Below, in pieces: positions 37,911 to 48,824 of a stretch of DNA of 64,000 nucleotides. Location of the stretch: positions 10,912 through 74,911 of IMG/VR virus record IMGVR_UViG_3300027808_002535. One strand, written 5' to 3'. The notes below the pieces were generated by a model. The model was not told the DNA's origin, did not search any database, and saw only the letters and a program-made list of their open reading frames with translations. The position numbers were made by a program, and so were the translations under genes. How positions within the stretch are numbered: the first letter of the stretch is position 1; each line of letters starts with the position of its first letter. Source of the DNA: a virus. Taxonomy: Duplodnaviria > Caudoviricetes.

Positions 37911-38222
37911 ATGGCTATTAGGAAAAAGGATAGAAGTTTTGAAGAAATCCTTAAAGATGTTGTCATGGAAGAAGTTCCTATAGAATATATAACACACATT
38001 CAACTTACACTTATAAATGGAGATGTTCTTGAATTCAATCAAGAAGAATTAGCGGGTTTAAAAGATGCCGGCGAAATTCTCAAAGCACAGGGTCTAGAGC
38101 ACTTGCGTGATAATATTCAAGACATTGAAGTTTTTATTGATAGCAGTAAAATCAAGAATCGCGTCATAAAGTATGTACGTGGTATATTAACCAGCCAATT
38201 TGGAGATGAGAGGCAGGCATAG
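37911..38222 (+). CDS. Hypothetical protein
   Basis: 103 aa ORF with AAGGA RBS. Confidence 0.65.
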   Translation: MAIRKKDRSFEEILKDVVMEEVPIEYITHIQLTLINGDVLEFNQEELAGLKDAGEILKAQGLEHLRDNIQDIEVFIDSSKIKNRVIKYVRGILTSQFGDERQA

Positions 38223-38243
38223 TGCTAAATATATATGAATTAA

Positions 38244-38588
38244 ATGTTCATACTTATGTCAATAAAACCTGCTTGCCTTAATAAAACAACAAGCCCATTT
38301 GTGAAATCAGACGGGTCACTTCTCCCATGTTGTTGGGCAAGTACGAGTTCTGACACTATTGAATTTCTAGGCAAAGAAAAATATTCACAATTAAATTTAT
38401 ATCATCATACTGTTGATGAAATTTATTCATCCGATGCTTATAGATTAATAAAATCAAAAATATTAAGCGAAAATTCGTTTGATATATGCAAACGATGGTG
38501 TAATGCAGAGCGGCGATCACAGCGGCAAGACTACCTCATAGATTCATCGGAAATAGACGACTACATTAATAAGTATATTATTTTATAA
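38244..38588 (+). CDS. Stand-alone SPASM/twitch-like Fe-S domain
   Basis: AC...DGSLLPCCW...ICKRWC. Confidence 0.65.
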   Translation: MFILMSIKPACLNKTTSPFVKSDGSLLPCCWASTSSDTIEFLGKEKYSQLNLYHHTVDEIYSSDAYRLIKSKILSENSFDICKRWCNAERRSQRQDYLIDSSEIDDYINKYIIL

Positions 38589-38592
38589 TTTT

Positions 38593-39264
38593 ATGTATAA
38601 ATTAAAATCTCGCGAAATAGAATTAGAACTAACTTCAAAATGTACACTACTATGCCCTGAATGTGCTAGAACTATTGATAAAGAAGAAACTAAAAACAAA
38701 TGGAATTTTGGTGAGTTAGATATAGAAATTATAGAAAAATTAGCCAGCCAAACTCCTAGCATAAGAAAATTTAATTTTTGTGGTGGTTATGGTGATCCAA
38801 TTTACCATAGCAGACTATTTGATATAATTGATGTTTGCCATCGTTATAATAAATCAATTCACATAGAAACTGCGGGCAATCTTAGAAGCAAAGAATGGTG
38901 GAATAAATTGTCGTTAATCCTCAGTGAACGCGATTCTATTTGTTTCAGTGTAGACGGATTAAAACATAGTAATCACATTTACAGAATAAATTCTAATTGG
39001 GATAGCATATTGGATGCCATGACTATCATGAGTGAATCGTTGTGTCATACGAAATGGAAATGGATATTGTTTAAATCTAATCAAGATGATGTTTTGGAAG
39101 GTTACAAATTAAGCAAAAAACTTGGTATTAAAAATTTTGAGCTAGTGGAAAGCGGTAGAATACCTCTAGGGAATGAGCCCACTAAATCAGTAAAGCAGAT
39201 TTTGGCAGAGTTAAAAGAATATAAAGAAATACAAGGACTTGACAACTATATTATTTTAAAGTAA
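38593..39264 (+). CDS. Radical SAM protein (core only)
   Basis: CTLLCPEC, YGDPI, FSVDG. Confidence 0.88.
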   Translation: MYKLKSREIELELTSKCTLLCPECARTIDKEETKNKWNFGELDIEIIEKLASQTPSIRKFNFCGGYGDPIYHSRLFDIIDVCHRYNKSIHIETAGNLRSKEWWNKLSLILSERDSICFSVDGLKHSNHIYRINSNWDSILDAMTIMSESLCHTKWKWILFKSNQDDVLEGYKLSKKLGIKNFELVESGRIPLGNEPTKSVKQILAELKEYKEIQGLDNYIILK

Positions 39265-39289
39265 AATAATACTTTTAAAGAAGTTATAA

Positions 39290-40174
39290 ATGACACTAAG
39301 AAAAGAGATTGATTTTGAAAAAGATGTAAACTATGTTCCAGTATTGGATCATGGTTTTGTAGGTCTAGTAGATCATATGGGCAGTGACAGCGCAATCGTT
39401 CAAGCCGCTCGTGTTAGTTATGGTGCTGGCACAAAACAAGTTCAAGACGATAGAAACTTAATACGTTATCTAATGCGTCACGAACATACAACACCTTTTG
39501 AAATGTGTGAAGTAAAGTTCCACATTAAACTTCCTATCTTTGTTATGCGACAACTTGTACGGCATCGTACTGCCAGCATGAACGAATACAGTGCTCGCTA
39601 TAGTGTACTCACAGATGAGTTTTACATTCCTGAGTTTGAACAAATTCAAAAGCAAAGCACAACTAACAAGCAGGGCCGTGAAGAAGCTGAGTGGGGCTTT
39701 GATGAAAAGCGTGGCGTACAACATGCCTTCCAACGTAGCTTTCATAATGCATACAAAGAATATGAGAGTTTGCTGGGCAAGGAAGATTCTGGACTGGCAC
39801 GTGAGTTGGCTAGAAGTGTGCTTCCAGTAGGCGGATATACAGAATTGTATTGGAAAGCCAACTTGAAGAACTTTCTGCACATGGCTCGTTTGCGTATGGA
39901 TCCACATGCACAATGGGAGATCAGAGAGTTTGCAGGTGCAATGTATGACCTAGTCAAACCATTATTTCCAGAAGCTTGTTCGGCATTTGAAGACTACGCT
40001 GTTAACTCAGTTAAGTTGAGTACTGGAGAATATCAGCTTGTCAAGAGTTTAATCAGCAAAGAAAAATGGGCTACTATGGTTACAAAATACGGCAATGACG
40101 AAAAAGCCCTGGGTCAAGACGCAGGGCTTGGTGTTCGTGAACTAAAAGAGTTTAAAGAAAAATTAGGCCTGTAA
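39290..40174 (+). CDS. thyX: Flavin-dependent thymidylate synthase
   Basis: AARVSY, HTTPFE, RHRTASMNEYSARY, ARSVLP, HAQWEIR. Confidence 0.96.
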   Translation: MTLRKEIDFEKDVNYVPVLDHGFVGLVDHMGSDSAIVQAARVSYGAGTKQVQDDRNLIRYLMRHEHTTPFEMCEVKFHIKLPIFVMRQLVRHRTASMNEYSARYSVLTDEFYIPEFEQIQKQSTTNKQGREEAEWGFDEKRGVQHAFQRSFHNAYKEYESLLGKEDSGLARELARSVLPVGGYTELYWKANLKNFLHMARLRMDPHAQWEIREFAGAMYDLVKPLFPEACSAFEDYAVNSVKLSTGEYQLVKSLISKEKWATMVTKYGNDEKALGQDAGLGVRELKEFKEKLGL

Positions 40175-40717
40175 AGGATCAATGCTGATTTCATTTATAT
40201 GAAACTCACCGGGTTGTTCTAAAATCCATTTAATGTAACTAGCCGCACTCCTGATAGGAATTGTTTTCCTATCAGGGTGTTTTGCTTGTACATTACTTAA
40301 ACTACCAAAACTAATCAATGTGACTCTGGGGTTCTTTGCCCATACTCCAGACATGCCTAGACTATTAGCGTAATCTCGTAATGCTTTCTTTTCAGCATTA
40401 TAAAGCCAATCTGTGGCTTTCATCACTCTGTCAGTGGTACTACCTATACAAATAATCAAAGTTTGTTTGCCTGCTAGTTTAAGTTTCTTGTATACCGCTT
40501 CGAGTAACAAAACTTGATTAAACTTCCATAATGCACTATTAATAATTACTGCATCATAATCAACACTCATCTCGGCAAATACTTGTTGATTCTCTGCTTT
40601 GGTTAAATCTAAATTATGAGTTGTTCTACTTACAAATGTTAATTCATGTTGTGTTAACTCTAAATTTAGTGCCTCTGCTAGACCAAAATCTGGATTACCT
40701 GATATTAATATTTTCAT
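40163..40717 (-). CDS. Short SDR-like Rossmann-fold oxidoreductase
   Basis: ILISGNPDFGLA, IINSA, IGS and YNAEK (YxxxK). Confidence 0.75.
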   Translation of the reverse strand: MKILISGNPDFGLAEALNLELTQHELTFVSRTTHNLDLTKAENQQVFAEMSVDYDAVIINSALWKFNQVLLLEAVYKKLKLAGKQTLIICIGSTTDRVMKATDWLYNAEKKALRDYANSLGMSGVWAKNPRVTLISFGSLSNVQAKHPDRKTIPIRSAASYIKWILEQPGEFHINEISIDPLQA

Positions 40718-41880
40718 AAGAATGTTGTATCTCCTGGGAATAAAGGCAGTTTAGTGCCTGGCGCACGTTTTGGAATCTTACTGTCGGCACTGCTCACACA
40801 ACTTGTTCCCCCACAGGGCATTGGTTTATCGTATAACTTGAAGCCGGTTTCGATGTGTCCTAATGGAACTTCACTGCAACTGTAACTACGTTTTACTGTG
40901 CCATCTGGTTCACGGATAATAATACTTCGATAGCCACTACTACACTCCCAACCATTGAAGTTGTTAAAGTTGAATGCGTTAAAACGTTCTGCCTGATCCA
41001 TGAACCATGGATTTCCTTCTTTATCAACAAACTCAATTTGATAATGCGGATCGATGTCAACTTGTTTTTTACGACTAGGATCAGCTTTATCAATTATAAA
41101 AGTAGGTTTTGGACGTTGAACAAGACCTGCTGCCAATGCTTTTTCTTCTGTGTAAGCACGTTGCGGCATACCATTGTGTAACTTGGCCAACATCTCGGGT
41201 GTATAACCGTCTACTACTCTACTTGCTGTAGGATCGCTTTGCGGCTTGAGCGTAACGTTAATACCTCTATTATGAAAATACAAACTTAGATCATATATCT
41301 CATTGAACTGCTCCGGAACCATGACCATGTTAATAGTTATCTGTGTGTCATACTCTTGGCATAACACCAACTTGTCGGCAAACTCTTCTACCTTTTTATC
41401 AGTGTCCACATGTTCGCGATGGCAACTTGCTGTGATACTAGCACGGTGAAAATTCTTAACGGCTGGCACATACTTTTCTTCAAACCATTTAAGAGGCCGG
41501 CTCATGTTCGATGTCATATGTACACTGGTATAGTTTGTATTAGCCGCATCATTGTTTAAGTGATTAAGGATATCAATGTAAGCAGGATGGAATGTTGGTT
41601 CGCCACCACTTAGACTAAAGTGGAAACTATTAAATCCGTTTTCCCTCGATTGACGTTTGATCTCATCCACAGTATGTAACATCAACGGAGTTGGACGATG
41701 GTCCTTGGTATCACTGCGGGCATAGGGCCAGCAATAACTACAACGATAGTTACAATAACGTCCCAATAGCCACGATACGGTAAACATATCGCGGTATAGC
41801 ATTGTCCTTTGTCCGACTCTAACTAGATCCTTAAACGGAATCTTAGTAAAGTCATAATCACTGGTTTTTAAATCACTCAT
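40714..41880 (-). CDS. Radical SAM protein with C-terminal Cys domain
   Basis: CNYRCSYC, SGGEP; C-terminal GWEC...SC...PC...SC. Confidence 0.9.
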   Translation of the reverse strand: MSDLKTSDYDFTKIPFKDLVRVGQRTMLYRDMFTVSWLLGRYCNYRCSYCWPYARSDTKDHRPTPLMLHTVDEIKRQSRENGFNSFHFSLSGGEPTFHPAYIDILNHLNNDAANTNYTSVHMTSNMSRPLKWFEEKYVPAVKNFHRASITASCHREHVDTDKKVEEFADKLVLCQEYDTQITINMVMVPEQFNEIYDLSLYFHNRGINVTLKPQSDPTASRVVDGYTPEMLAKLHNGMPQRAYTEEKALAAGLVQRPKPTFIIDKADPSRKKQVDIDPHYQIEFVDKEGNPWFMDQAERFNAFNFNNFNGWECSSGYRSIIIREPDGTVKRSYSCSEVPLGHIETGFKLYDKPMPCGGTSCVSSADSKIPKRAPGTKLPLFPGDTTFL

Positions 41881-42103
41881 TTTGTTCGTAGATAAATTTT
41901 ACGTCCTTGCCCGGGCCAACGTCGCTGGGCATGCCGCCGTATTGCTTGACATACCATTCTATGGCTGCGATATACCAACCTTGACTGTTATGTCTACTTT
42001 CTTTGTTAAAAATATAGATATTGTCGTTGGTTGCTGGCATTGTACTTATAATGCGAGCCGCTTCTAATTGTAATTTGCGTAATGGAAGATCTTGTATATT
42101 CAT
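41873..42103 (-). CDS. Small hypothetical protein
   Basis: 76 aa, coupled at both ends. Confidence 0.65.
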   Translation of the reverse strand: MNIQDLPLRKLQLEAARIISTMPATNDNIYIFNKESRHNSQGWYIAAIEWYVKQYGGMPSDVGPGKDVKFIYEQNE

Positions 42104-43059
42104 TATACATATTTATTTTTTGTTGCCATCAAATCTGGCATACACCAACAAGTGTTATAAGGACAAATTACTCCGGAAATAGGTAAGTTCATAATATTTG
42201 ATTCTTTCCAATTACCAAAATCTTCGTCGGTGCCTATCATACATCCGCTGCCCCTGCGTATTGTGCCATTGGCATCAAGTGTTATTTTATCAACTCCTAT
42301 ACCACAGCTCCAATCTTTAAATTTGTTTTGTTCATCCACAAGTATCTGGCCTGTGACTTCTTGTAAGCGTTGTTGCCTTAAATATGTAAAACTAGACTTA
42401 TATATACTCTTTCTGGACTTGGCTACTTTTCTGTTTGCTTGTATATAGTCCATTTGTTCTTGTGTATATAATACTTTGCTATCTGCAACAGCTTCGTATC
42501 TGTTATCCACTAATTTTAATTCCAAACTGGTAAACTCTTTGACATTGTTTAATATGTACTCTCGAGCTTCGAGTACCTTATCCCAAACTGCTGGCCAAGC
42601 AAGAACCAATATAGTCTTGTATTCATTGTCCAAAGCATTTATACTTTCTACAAACTTCTCCACGCTTTTGACCTGTGTAGGATGATAACTAAACACCACC
42701 GAAGATACTTGTGTGCCTATTCTACGCCAATAGTCTTCAGGCATTACTCCATTGGTAATAAATTTAATATTACTATCTGGACTATTCTTTTTAATTATAT
42801 CTATGGCTTCGGGTAGTTTTTTCCATATAGCAAGTTCGCCGCCCAGTAATGTATATTCGAGTCGCCGGCCTTTTCCATAGTGTGATTGTAACTCGCGTGT
42901 AGTGTAATCAATGCTGTCTAAACTGGGCCAACCAAAACTACCATCATGTATTATGCTGGGACAATATTCACAGGCATAGTTACATACGTTGGTCATTGTC
43001 CAATCAATGATTACCCAATCAGGATCTGCCTGTATCCTATCAAACAGTAAAGTTTTCAT
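42103..43059 (-). CDS. Radical SAM protein with C-terminal Cys domain
   Basis: CNYACEYC, GGEL; WSCGIG...GC...CPYNTCWC. Confidence 0.88.
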   Translation of the reverse strand: MKTLLFDRIQADPDWVIIDWTMTNVCNYACEYCPSIIHDGSFGWPSLDSIDYTTRELQSHYGKGRRLEYTLLGGELAIWKKLPEAIDIIKKNSPDSNIKFITNGVMPEDYWRRIGTQVSSVVFSYHPTQVKSVEKFVESINALDNEYKTILVLAWPAVWDKVLEAREYILNNVKEFTSLELKLVDNRYEAVADSKVLYTQEQMDYIQANRKVAKSRKSIYKSSFTYLRQQRLQEVTGQILVDEQNKFKDWSCGIGVDKITLDANGTIRRGSGCMIGTDEDFGNWKESNIMNLPISGVICPYNTCWCMPDLMATKNKYV

Positions 43060-44239
43060 ATAATTCCGGGCAGACATCCCGTAGACTTTGATTGCGTTTA
43101 TTATCTAATAATGATGTAAACTTTTTAAAATCATGCCAATTTGCACTTGTTTTTGTCATAGTAAGATTTTTTTTCATATTATCCAAAAAGAATTTATTAG
43201 CAGTATCGTATTTTTGTTCTACATACTCTATTTGTGCAAGAGCTTTTTGTTTAATACTATCTGGTGCTGTGGCAACATGCAAGTATTGTGGGTGTGTAAG
43301 TAATCTATATTCTATCCACTCGACGGGTCGTTTAATAAGAGGTTCTGCCCAGTCGTAAAACTCTTTTACATTTAGCATATTGTATATTTGATAGCTGGCA
43401 TTGGGACTGAATAAAAAGTTCTTGTACTCGTTTCTAAATTTACATAACATGTCTATTTTACCTGTGAGTTCTTCCCAAGTGCATTGTTCCCCGCCTCTCA
43501 TATATTCGAATAACTTGCCCGTGCCATCTACACTGATATTAATATTAACTGATTTTGCTTTGCGTAAACGTAATAAATGTTCTTCCCGTAGCAAACTACC
43601 ATTGGTTGTTATACTCAGTCTAACATTCTTTAGTATACCCGAATTGTCCAGAACATCAAATACATCCAGTAAATCATTGTTAATAAAAGGTTCTCCGCCT
43701 GTTACAGTTATCATACGAAGATCTGTTAATTGTGGCAATAAGTTGGTGACAAATGTCATTAAGTCATTTCTATTCTTTGTGTAGTCTACATATTCTTCTC
43801 GCTGGAATCCATTGTCTCTCAGCAACTTATCGTCATTGATCCAACTGTTGCTGAACATGCTGTTGCACATTCTACATTTAAAATTGCACAAATTACTGGT
43901 GTTTAAAAACAAATGATATATGTTATTTCCAGTTTTGCTGTTTTCAAAGTCTTTACTGTCCCATATATCACCATTCCACCAACGCTCATTATTTTTCCAA
44001 TTAAGGCGCTGGCTCGCCACGCCCTGTTTCTCTCGCTCGTGACAGGTATTACAGCCTGGTAGATTCCAAACTCCATCCACCATGTCTGTGCGTAATTGCA
44101 CAAACTTTCCGTTGTCCCAGACATTTTGGTCTGTCATTAGTCCCATGGGCGTTGAACTCATCATGCATCTACTTATAAAACCAGCAGGATGTGTAGCTAT
44201 ACTTACAAATGGAATTAAACAAACTTTATCAGGTATCAT
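43040..44239 (-). CDS. Radical SAM protein with N-terminal twitch/SPASM-like domain
   Basis: CLIPF...RC...CNTC, then CNFKCRMC and TGGEP. Confidence 0.9.
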   Translation of the reverse strand: MIPDKVCLIPFVSIATHPAGFISRCMMSSTPMGLMTDQNVWDNGKFVQLRTDMVDGVWNLPGCNTCHEREKQGVASQRLNWKNNERWWNGDIWDSKDFENSKTGNNIYHLFLNTSNLCNFKCRMCNSMFSNSWINDDKLLRDNGFQREEYVDYTKNRNDLMTFVTNLLPQLTDLRMITVTGGEPFINNDLLDVFDVLDNSGILKNVRLSITTNGSLLREEHLLRLRKAKSVNINISVDGTGKLFEYMRGGEQCTWEELTGKIDMLCKFRNEYKNFLFSPNASYQIYNMLNVKEFYDWAEPLIKRPVEWIEYRLLTHPQYLHVATAPDSIKQKALAQIEYVEQKYDTANKFFLDNMKKNLTMTKTSANWHDFKKFTSLLDNKRNQSLRDVCPELYENFTV

Positions 44240-45398
44240 TTAGTTCTGGTACTAGCTTGGATATAGCTTCATCTCTACTTGCATCTAAAGTTGTTGTGTA
44301 CTTGACAAAAGCAGGCCATTTATTATTCCAGTCTTCTGCCATCATGTAATCTATTAATGACGTCACCCTTTTAATATGCAAATAAGGTTGCAGTCGTTGT
44401 ATTGCCAGCTTTTTTAAATTTTCGGGCAGGATGCGTACATTTAAATAATCAGGGTGATCCAATATGTTTAAGTGTATATCAGTTATAGACAAGTCGGTGA
44501 GATAATCAAAAAACTTGTCTAATTGTAATACATTGTATACCTGTACTGTACAATGAACTTGAAGATCTATCTTGCCCTGTTTACTCATCTCAATAAAAGT
44601 AGCAAGATTCTTTTCCACTAAAGCCCAGCCTGTGGGATATCTAATATATCTATTGAGATCACCATGAGCATCTATGCTTGCATTGATTTTAATCTTCTTA
44701 AAATGTTGCCAATAATTCACTAGTTTCTTGGGCAAATTAGTACAATTTGTATTGTACTTTAAAGTAATGTTTTTAGCAAGATCTAATTCAATTAACTTAT
44801 CAAATAGTTTATATTGACTCAATGCCAAAGTTGGCTCGCCACCTGTTAGATAAATCTCTTCAATGGTATTTGCTAACTTTAACAAGTTGACTGCAACTAT
44901 GTCGTCATTGGGCCAATCCATGCTACTGAGACGTTTGATTTCAGAGTCGGTTAACTGTTGTTCGACTAGATGCCATTCGTCTACCCATTGATTACTAGCA
45001 TATGGATTACACATGCGGCATTTTAAATTGCACAAGTTGCCCAAGCGTATATCAATATATTGTACTGTAAGTTCAGGAGTTGCAGTAGGTTCATAGTCAA
45101 ACATATACTTTTCATTCCAGGCTAATCTTGAACTACGTACACCGCTGTCTTCCTCTCTAAAGCAACGTTCGCACATTGCAGGCCTTTGATCTGTTAGTAG
45201 TTCACTGCGAATTTTCTTCATAGTGTCACTGTGCCAGAAATCTTGCATGTCAGGATCTGTGATCTTATACGCTTTGTTTGTTCCATTGCGTAAAATAAAG
45301 TTTTTTCCAGGCGTGCTATTACAGCATACTCTTAGGTTGCCGCTGGCGTTGGTTGCTAAATGCATCCATGGTAGGATACAGAATGTTTTACTTTGCAT
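44229..45398 (-). CDS. Radical SAM protein with N-terminal twitch/SPASM-like domain
   Basis: CILPW...VCC...CERC, then CNLKCRMC and TGGEP. Confidence 0.9.
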   Translation of the reverse strand: MQSKTFCILPWMHLATNASGNLRVCCNSTPGKNFILRNGTNKAYKITDPDMQDFWHSDTMKKIRSELLTDQRPAMCERCFREEDSGVRSSRLAWNEKYMFDYEPTATPELTVQYIDIRLGNLCNLKCRMCNPYASNQWVDEWHLVEQQLTDSEIKRLSSMDWPNDDIVAVNLLKLANTIEEIYLTGGEPTLALSQYKLFDKLIELDLAKNITLKYNTNCTNLPKKLVNYWQHFKKIKINASIDAHGDLNRYIRYPTGWALVEKNLATFIEMSKQGKIDLQVHCTVQVYNVLQLDKFFDYLTDLSITDIHLNILDHPDYLNVRILPENLKKLAIQRLQPYLHIKRVTSLIDYMMAEDWNNKWPAFVKYTTTLDASRDEAISKLVPELNDT

Positions 45399-46128
45399 TT
45401 AATTCTTCTAATAATAAATCGTAACTTCTACACATGACTTCTGCATGTTTCGATCCTGGTGCGCCGTGTATAATCATATGAATTCTAGGTTCTGATCCCA
45501 GGTGTCTAACACTGTGACGTCTACCTATGTCTATTGCTCTTGCATCGCCTGGTAACCACGGTATCAGTCCAGCATCCTCCATGACAAATTCAACTCCGTC
45601 TGGATTATTAATGGCAATATTGTATGCTGCCATTTTACGAACTTCATAGTCAGCATGTGGTTTAATATAGCCACCCGGCAATAAAAGCATAAACCTAACA
45701 CGATCAAAATGGTTGAAATTCCATGTATTTTTTAACCAATCAACAGTTACAGGACAAACGTCTGCAATATCAGTCCACGTATACACTGGTTGTTCTGTGA
45801 AGTTATATGCTTTACTGCGCCAGTCATCGGTGGTATATTTGTCATAGCCGTGAATTACAAGACTATGCCAACCAGGATGCTCGTTGCCTCTGTGTTTTAC
45901 AAACTCATCCATTAAAGATAAAGCTTCGGCTTCTATTTCTTTTTGTGGCAACGGCAAGTCCAACTTAAGACTAGGGCAGTTGCTTTCTTTTTCTATCCAG
46001 CCAAAGTAATCTTTCATTAACTGCCTATCTGATATCCAATTAGAAAACTTTTTAGGGCGTGTATTTAATGAACTATAGTGTGAAAAGTATTTCCACTCGT
46101 CGAAAAATTCTGTTACTTCGTTATCCAT
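45388..46128 (-). CDS. Aspartyl/asparaginyl beta-hydroxylase-like 2OG-Fe(II) oxygenase
   Basis: RVRFMLLLPGGYIKPHAD...HSV...RIHMI. Confidence 0.8.
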   Translation of the reverse strand: MDNEVTEFFDEWKYFSHYSSLNTRPKKFSNWISDRQLMKDYFGWIEKESNCPSLKLDLPLPQKEIEAEALSLMDEFVKHRGNEHPGWHSLVIHGYDKYTTDDWRSKAYNFTEQPVYTWTDIADVCPVTVDWLKNTWNFNHFDRVRFMLLLPGGYIKPHADYEVRKMAAYNIAINNPDGVEFVMEDAGLIPWLPGDARAIDIGRRHSVRHLGSEPRIHMIIHGAPGSKHAEVMCRSYDLLLEELNAK

Positions 46129-47513
46129 GGTAATATCTCCAGTGTTTTAACTCGGTGTAAGAATTGATCTGGATCGTCAAGTATTTGTCTAGGAGTTTCA
46201 TTCCTCCAACTTGACTTGATTCCTGGCCTGTTTTGATACAATTGAAACGTATCCATGCCAGCATCAGAAAATTTAACAACAATATCTTGTTCTAGTCTAT
46301 ACCTGGATACTGCACTGAACAACCATGCAGTGTTCTGATAGTGCAATATATTTGTTAAATGTACATATGTTTTTTCACCGACATGTTTACTTACAAGTAC
46401 ATTCTTTACTTGATTAACATTAAATAAATTACACGGCTCAAATATTACATTTAAATTTGGCCATACATTTTTAATGAAATCTTCTAAGCCCTGTGGCATC
46501 ATTTCATTTATAATTTCCTGCATTCTATCTAAATTGCGATCAGCTTTCATCATAGGTACCAGGTCTAATTCTGTAAACAAGCTGTACAAAGTTGTTTTAA
46601 AATTTGAATAGTTGCAGTTGATTTCTCGAAGTCGTCGTTGTATTGCCAATGAAACTGGACTAAAATCAAAAACTGTGACTTTGCCGCCGGGTTTTAATCC
46701 AGCTGTGTATGCCATGAGCAACGGAGTTATACCTCCTGCGGTACATATTACTCCCTGCATGTCTGTGTCTAATAATTTTTCCGGAGGCGACTCTGTATTT
46801 GCCGCAAAGTGACCATAGCCTTGTAAACTTTCTAACACGTCTGAAATTTTGGAATGAAAGTCTTTGGCAACTTCTGGATATATATAATACTTACTTTCTC
46901 TCATAGACTCATTGAAACTAACTACAGAGCTGCCAGACTTTAATGCAGTGTCGATTATGTTCCAGCCAAATCGTTTTCCTGCGTAATTTTCAATGGCATT
47001 GCCCTGAGCGATCCAATGTGGCGTATATCCATCATGCCAATTTTCTTCACTGCGTATTGGTTTAACCGTGGACCATGGGATGCTAAATTCTTCTTTGCCT
47101 ATCAATGGTTGACCATTTGACCGCCACCAATCCATGTTAATAATAAAACATTGATGGTGCAATTCGTAGAACTTATCGCCTTTGTCTAATATATGTCCTG
47201 CAACTGCAAAGTTGGGATTATTTTCTAGAAACTTTGGAAGTACGTGATAAAAATTATCATTCTTGCTGAGATTAGTGCCCATGGCTACAATCATCAAATA
47301 TTTTAATCCGGCAACATCTGCCCATTTTAAAATAGCATCCGGATCTTTATTGCACGTTGTTGGAAGATAATAGTTTTCATTTTCCTGAACCCAGTATTCC
47401 GTTATGTTTTTAGACAGCGCAAGCGCAGTAGAGTCCTTGATATAATCAGTTATGTCCAGCCATGCCATACCGAAGCCGATTTTATTTAAGTGATAATAAT
47501 CGTAGTATGCCAT
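46113..47513 (-). CDS. Hypothetical protein, possibly a two-domain transferase
   Basis: 466 aa ORF coupled within the cluster; no firm motif. Confidence 0.6.
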   Translation of the reverse strand: MAYYDYYHLNKIGFGMAWLDITDYIKDSTALALSKNITEYWVQENENYYLPTTCNKDPDAILKWADVAGLKYLMIVAMGTNLSKNDNFYHVLPKFLENNPNFAVAGHILDKGDKFYELHHQCFIINMDWWRSNGQPLIGKEEFSIPWSTVKPIRSEENWHDGYTPHWIAQGNAIENYAGKRFGWNIIDTALKSGSSVVSFNESMRESKYYIYPEVAKDFHSKISDVLESLQGYGHFAANTESPPEKLLDTDMQGVICTAGGITPLLMAYTAGLKPGGKVTVFDFSPVSLAIQRRLREINCNYSNFKTTLYSLFTELDLVPMMKADRNLDRMQEIINEMMPQGLEDFIKNVWPNLNVIFEPCNLFNVNQVKNVLVSKHVGEKTYVHLTNILHYQNTAWLFSAVSRYRLEQDIVVKFSDAGMDTFQLYQNRPGIKSSWRNETPRQILDDPDQFLHRVKTLEILPWITK

Positions 47514-47516
47514 TAA

Positions 47517-48824
47517 TTATTTTCCTGTAAATGTTTCTTTTCTTTTTACATCTAATATTTCATTGAATTTTTGAAACTTTTCAAAACTTACGTCATATTT
47601 ATTTGTATCTATACACTCGTCTATCCAGCTTATTGCGTCAGCTATATGTCTCTTATTATTGATTTCTCTAATAGAATTTTCTTGCATTGATTTAAACTTT
47701 ACAATCAACTTTGACTTTGCCGCTGTCAGTCTTTCTATTGGCAGAACATTTGCATGTAAAAAAGTAGGCCATTGTAAACGGCTTGTGTGCCACATTATGT
47801 CAAAGTCAGTGTCTATTGCTTCAAATGTTTCAACTAAGTACTCTACATTAAGTGCAGATATACAAGTACTTGCCTTTATGTAATCTAACTTATCACCCAA
47901 ACTTTCTTTGGACTGTTGTATATTTTCTTTTATGTCGTTCCATACAGAACCGTGTCTAATATAAGCATTAAGTTCATCGTAGCCATCTATACTGATTGTT
48001 AAACGCACTGACTTGAATTTTTTCCAAAGATTCAATACATTACGTCCTTTCTTTGCTTCAAGATCTGTTAAGTTTGTACTGTATTTTAAAATAACATCGC
48101 TGGGATCCTTGATACGATCCAGCATATTGTAATGCAACGGATCCATTAACGGCTCGCCGCCAGCAAATTCAAATTCTTTGATATCATCAATAATCTCATA
48201 TAAGTCCTGCACAAATGTATTGTGTGTCTCAAATAAATTTAACACAGGTTTTTTACGCAAGTCATTGCTGTCGATGATATTATTAATATATTCCTGTTCT
48301 CCAGGTTCATAAATTTCTTTAACAGCATCCCAGTCTTGTAGCCACGGTGTACTGTCCTTGGGCCAACACATACGGCATTTCAAATTACAAAGATTGCTTA
48401 ATTTAAACTCGACAATCGGAATATTCCATGGTGATTCTTTTGTGCGTTTATATGTTGCAACTAAATGTGCATACTCTTGTGTTCGCTCGTAATTTTGACT
48501 TTGTCTTAAACTGGTAATACCTTTGTCTTCCATTGACCAACAAGCATTGCAATGAGGATCTCTAATACCTGATATCAGATTATTTCTGACTATTTTATAT
48601 TTTTTATGATTCCAAAGATCTCGGAATGCTATATTTTTAATATCCCAGATTTTAGTACTTCGACAGCACAGTCTAAATTCTCCATTGGTTGTGGTACTTG
48701 TGTGTATAAACGGCATTATACAAAATGTCTTATCATTTACATCAAAACCATGCTGTTCCTTAAATAACTCGCTGGGTCTATAATCTAACAGGAATTGTTT
48801 TCCTTTTCCCTTAGCTTCACTCAT
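47517..48824 (-). CDS. Radical SAM protein with N-terminal twitch/SPASM-like domain
   Basis: CIMPF...LCC...CNAC, then CNLKCRMC and AGGEP. Confidence 0.9.
   Translation of the reverse strand: MSEAKGKGKQFLLDYRPSELFKEQHGFDVNDKTFCIMPFIHTSTTTNGEFRLCCRSTKIWDIKNIAFRDLWNHKKYKIVRNNLISGIRDPHCNACWSMEDKGITSLRQSQNYERTQEYAHLVATYKRTKESPWNIPIVEFKLSNLCNLKCRMCWPKDSTPWLQDWDAVKEIYEPGEQEYINNIIDSNDLRKKPVLNLFETHNTFVQDLYEIIDDIKEFEFAGGEPLMDPLHYNMLDRIKDPSDVILKYSTNLTDLEAKKGRNVLNLWKKFKSVRLTISIDGYDELNAYIRHGSVWNDIKENIQQSKESLGDKLDYIKASTCISALNVEYLVETFEAIDTDFDIMWHTSRLQWPTFLHANVLPIERLTAAKSKLIVKFKSMQENSIREINNKRHIADAISWIDECIDTNKYDVSFEKFQKFNEILDVKRKETFTGK

Noticed and set aside
41873-42103. RiPP precursor peptide for the radical SAM cluster
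   Set aside because: Looks like a small folded protein with no leader/core pattern or repeated Cys/Ser/aromatic motif; no PqqD-like gene recognised
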